DNA of 64,000 nucleotides from Candidatus Cloacimonadales bacterium (GTDB lineage Bacteria; Cloacimonadota; Cloacimonadia; Cloacimonadales; JAIOQZ01): NCBI GenBank assembly GCA_963665815.1, contig OY762463.1, positions 2,048,001 to 2,112,000 of the forward strand, read 5' to 3'. Shown piece by piece: positions 61,706 to 64,000 of this stretch (position 1 is its first letter; each line of letters starts with the position of its first letter). The notes under the pieces were generated by a model. It saw only the letters and a program-made list of their open reading frames with translations, ran no database searches and was not told where the DNA came from. The position numbers and the translations under genes were made by a program.

Positions 61706-62500
61706 TCATTTTTGAGGTTCACCAATATTAAGAAAAGACTCCATTGAGTCCAATGCATCTGCAGCAGTAGGAACTACTCCGGGTTCATCAACTTTGATAT
61801 TACCCTTTTCTACCTCTCCTTCATATTTTTCCTGTACTTTTTGAACAGAGTAAGTAATAGCAGCTTCGGCAGTTTTCATGTTAATAACTCCTCCAGCAGC
61901 AACACCCAGAACGAAGTAAGCTTCTTTCTTCATAGGTAAATTAGGATCTTCAGCATCGCATGCTAATGCTACTGTCTCCACAGTTGCACAGGTACCAGCA
62001 GTAGTTCCTGCTAGCATACTAATCATCCCTGCTGCAACTGCAATTGAAGAACCGCCTGTGAGGATTGCTGTTGCTCCACCTGCTATTCCTATCCCTGCCG
62101 CAGCCCATAATGAACCTGCAGTCCACGCTCTTCTAGACTTGCTTACAGTTTCCTTCGCTTTTTCACTAGCAGCCCCATCCGGATCAAGGAAGTTCAATGG
62201 GTCGTTGTGGCAATACACATAAGGACTAAAGAACTCATCAGCTGGGTCAACGACCATCCAGCACCCGAGCTGTGGGTCGTAATAACGCACACCGTAGTGG
62301 TAGCAATGAGCTTGCAGGGCATAGCCCGAAAGTCTCCAAAAATGAGCTCGTAGCCGCAGGCGAGAGTCTCCACTCCGAAGTTCGTAGGATTTGAATCCGA
62401 GAACCATAGGGTGTACATTATTCTCATCTTCAAATTCTTTGTTGTTGTAAAGGAATTTGTTATCCACACTATTGTTAACAGATAATCCCAGAATCCTCAT
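61706..62500 (-). CDS. Orphan Rhs core + hydrophobic Ala/Gly CT (possible pore former)
   Basis: DPLNFLDPDG then WAAAGIGIAGGATAILTGG. Confidence 0.82.
   Translation of the reverse strand: MRILGLSVNNSVDNKFLYNNKEFEDENNVHPMVLGFKSYELRSGDSRLRLRAHFWRLSGYALQAHCYHYGVRYYDPQLGCWMVVDPADEFFSPYVYCHNDPLNFLDPDGAASEKAKETVSKSRRAWTAGSLWAAAGIGIAGGATAILTGGSSIAVAAGMISMLAGTTAGTCATVETVALACDAEDPNLPMKKEAYFVLGVAAGGVINMKTAEAAITYSVQKVQEKYEGEVEKGNIKVDEPGVVPTAADALDSMESFLNIGEPQK
62304..62424. repeat. Tandem-hairpin element, copy 7
   Basis: In-frame insert. Confidence 0.88.
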
Positions 62501-62575
62501 ACCGAACGGGTAATAATGGTCAAGAAATTATTCTCGAGATTTTTATCCCTTTAGAATGAAACCTCGAAAATAAGA

Positions 62576-62773
62576 CCCGACATAAACATAACCGGTGTTA
62601 TTGGTAAAAACTTGATACTGGAGTTTAAAGGTAAATCCATGGTGCTAAGCCAGGATGAACAGGCAGAATTCGGACTGATTTACAGCATAGAACCTGACTC
62701 TGTTACTGTACAGGTGAAAGACAGTTTTTTCACGTATAAACTGGCTAAGGATAACAGAATGGAGTTAGAGTAG
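62576..62773 (+). pseudogene. Diverged copy of the 3' end of gene 55978-56448
   Basis: Matches about 56250-56448 through the stop codon, mostly synonymous changes. Confidence 0.9.
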
Positions 62774-62873
62774 TATATTTTCCCTTTTAAGATTTAACCA
62801 CGAAATACACATAAGAAAAAAGCCAGAAAACATGTTTCTGGCCTTGAATAATAAGTTTCAAATGAATATTTGA

Positions 62874-63998
62874 TTAATCCCATTCATCAGATTCTCCTGA
62901 CTCTGTAGTCTGCCTAGATGAAGGAGGGTATGCTTCATCGGGGGCATTACTCCTATTGAGTTGTTCAACCTGCAATTTTCGATTTAAATTGTCTATCGGT
63001 GCTCCAATCTTGATTATCTCTTGTCCAATCATATCCTGTTCGAAATATTCTTGATGAGTATATATCTTACTATCTTTTGTGTTAGAAACACTAACTTCAT
63101 GAGAACCTATTTTTTTCAGATTTGCAAATTTTTTCAACCACTTTATCTTACCTATTGGAAGAAGATCGAATGATATAGAAGTCCCTTCACCAGTTGCCAT
63201 AACATCACCGGATTCAGAGCGAATAACATGTCTATGATTGTTAACAAAATAACCATCAGTTATTGTTGTAGTCTCACCTGAATAAACACTTAAATCATCA
63301 TTACTATATACTGTTGATTCAATTGAGATGGAAAGCCCAAATGTATTACCCATGCTTTTACCTTTTGCGAAAGTATCTCGACATTCTGTGTCTGTAGACA
63401 TGTGCCCCCAACTCAAAGAACCTCCAACAAATAATCCCCCACTAATTGTAATACTATATGCTTTAGCAACAGCCCCATCGGGATCAAGGAAGTTCACCGG
63501 ATCGTTATGGCAATACACATAAGGACTAAAGAACTCATCAACCGGGTCAACTGCCATCCAGCGCCCAAGCTGTGGATCGTAATAACGCACACCGTAGTGA
63601 TACCAGTTAAGGTTGTAATCATCTTCGTATTCCTTATTGTTGTAGAGGAATTTATTGGATTTATCTCCATTGGCAGAGGATAATCCTCCAAGTCTCATTC
63701 CAAATGGGTAATAATGGTCTTCCTGCACAAGCAAAGGATCATAGAAGGAAGGACTACTCATATCAGTATCTCTCTTAACGGATGCTCTGGTATTACTGAG
63801 GTGATCTTTCATATCATAAACATACTCAAAGTTATGGTCTGCATTCATTACAATTCTACCCGCAGGCTGTGTTACCTGTTTGATTATTCTGTTATCGAGA
63901 ATTACTCCACCGCAATAGTCGGTTGTACTTGTAATATTGCCATCAGCATCCCGTACATTCTTTCTGAGCTTAGCTCCACCTGCAGAATATATCCATTC
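62874..63998 (-). CDS. Second Rhs protein, C-terminal part (5' end outside window)
   Basis: Frame open to the window end; MKDHLSNTR, YYPFG, uninterrupted core, DPDG, Gly-rich CT. Confidence 0.9.
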   Translation of the reverse strand, partial: EWIYSAGGAKLRKNVRDADGNITSTTDYCGGVILDNRIIKQVTQPAGRIVMNADHNFEYVYDMKDHLSNTRASVKRDTDMSSPSFYDPLLVQEDHYYPFGMRLGGLSSANGDKSNKFLYNNKEYEDDYNLNWYHYGVRYYDPQLGRWMAVDPVDEFFSPYVYCHNDPVNFLDPDGAVAKAYSITISGGLFVGGSLSWGHMSTDTECRDTFAKGKSMGNTFGLSISIESTVYSNDDLSVYSGETTTITDGYFVNNHRHVIRSESGDVMATGEGTSISFDLLPIGKIKWLKKFANLKKIGSHEVSVSNTKDSKIYTHQEYFEQDMIGQEIIKIGAPIDNLNRKLQVEQLNRSNAPDEAYPPSSRQTTESGESDEWD

Positions 63999-64000
63999 TA

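Larger units (their letters stand above)
9239..64000. mobile_element. tRNA-Val-integrated genomic island (right end not in window)
   Basis: Integrase plus excisionase next to the tRNA 3' end, shift to AT-richer accessory cargo. No second att copy found, so the extent is inferred. Confidence 0.65.

Noticed and set aside
11915-62424. Hairpin repeats as a CRISPR array
   Set aside because: Dispersed, no regular repeat-spacer period, no cas genes.
9239-64000. Prophage or attR site
   Set aside because: No capsid, terminase or portal genes; no duplicate tRNA 3' end seen by eye.

Overview
Bacterial window, probably from the FCB superphylum (inferred from protein families; not confirmed). 1-9.2 kb is host backbone: a TonB-dependent receptor, a lipoprotein, an ATP-grasp protein, a transcarboxylase-like three-gene operon and tRNA-Val(GAC). 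After the tRNA come a tyrosine integrase and an excisionase-like gene, opening an AT-richer island that runs past the window end. The island carries (i) a 3317-aa Rhs protein with a Sec signal peptide and HExxH C-terminus, followed by about 24 kb of orphan Rhs C-terminal (CT)/immunity cassettes (mostly HExxH domains paired with exported beta-propeller or LRR proteins); (ii) a secreted fibre/S74-like chaperone-domain protein upstream of that Rhs; (iii) a divergent 10-gene type II secretion/type IV filament cluster; and (iv) a second Rhs array converging on that cluster. Best candidate new system: a T2SS-associated polymorphic Rhs toxin island. Its orphan cassettes carry a covarying tandem-hairpin element inserted into the Rhs core (7 copies), repeated promoter/RBS/terminator spacers, and copies of the 3' end of the last T2SS gene. 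All calls come from reading the sequence; no searches were run.
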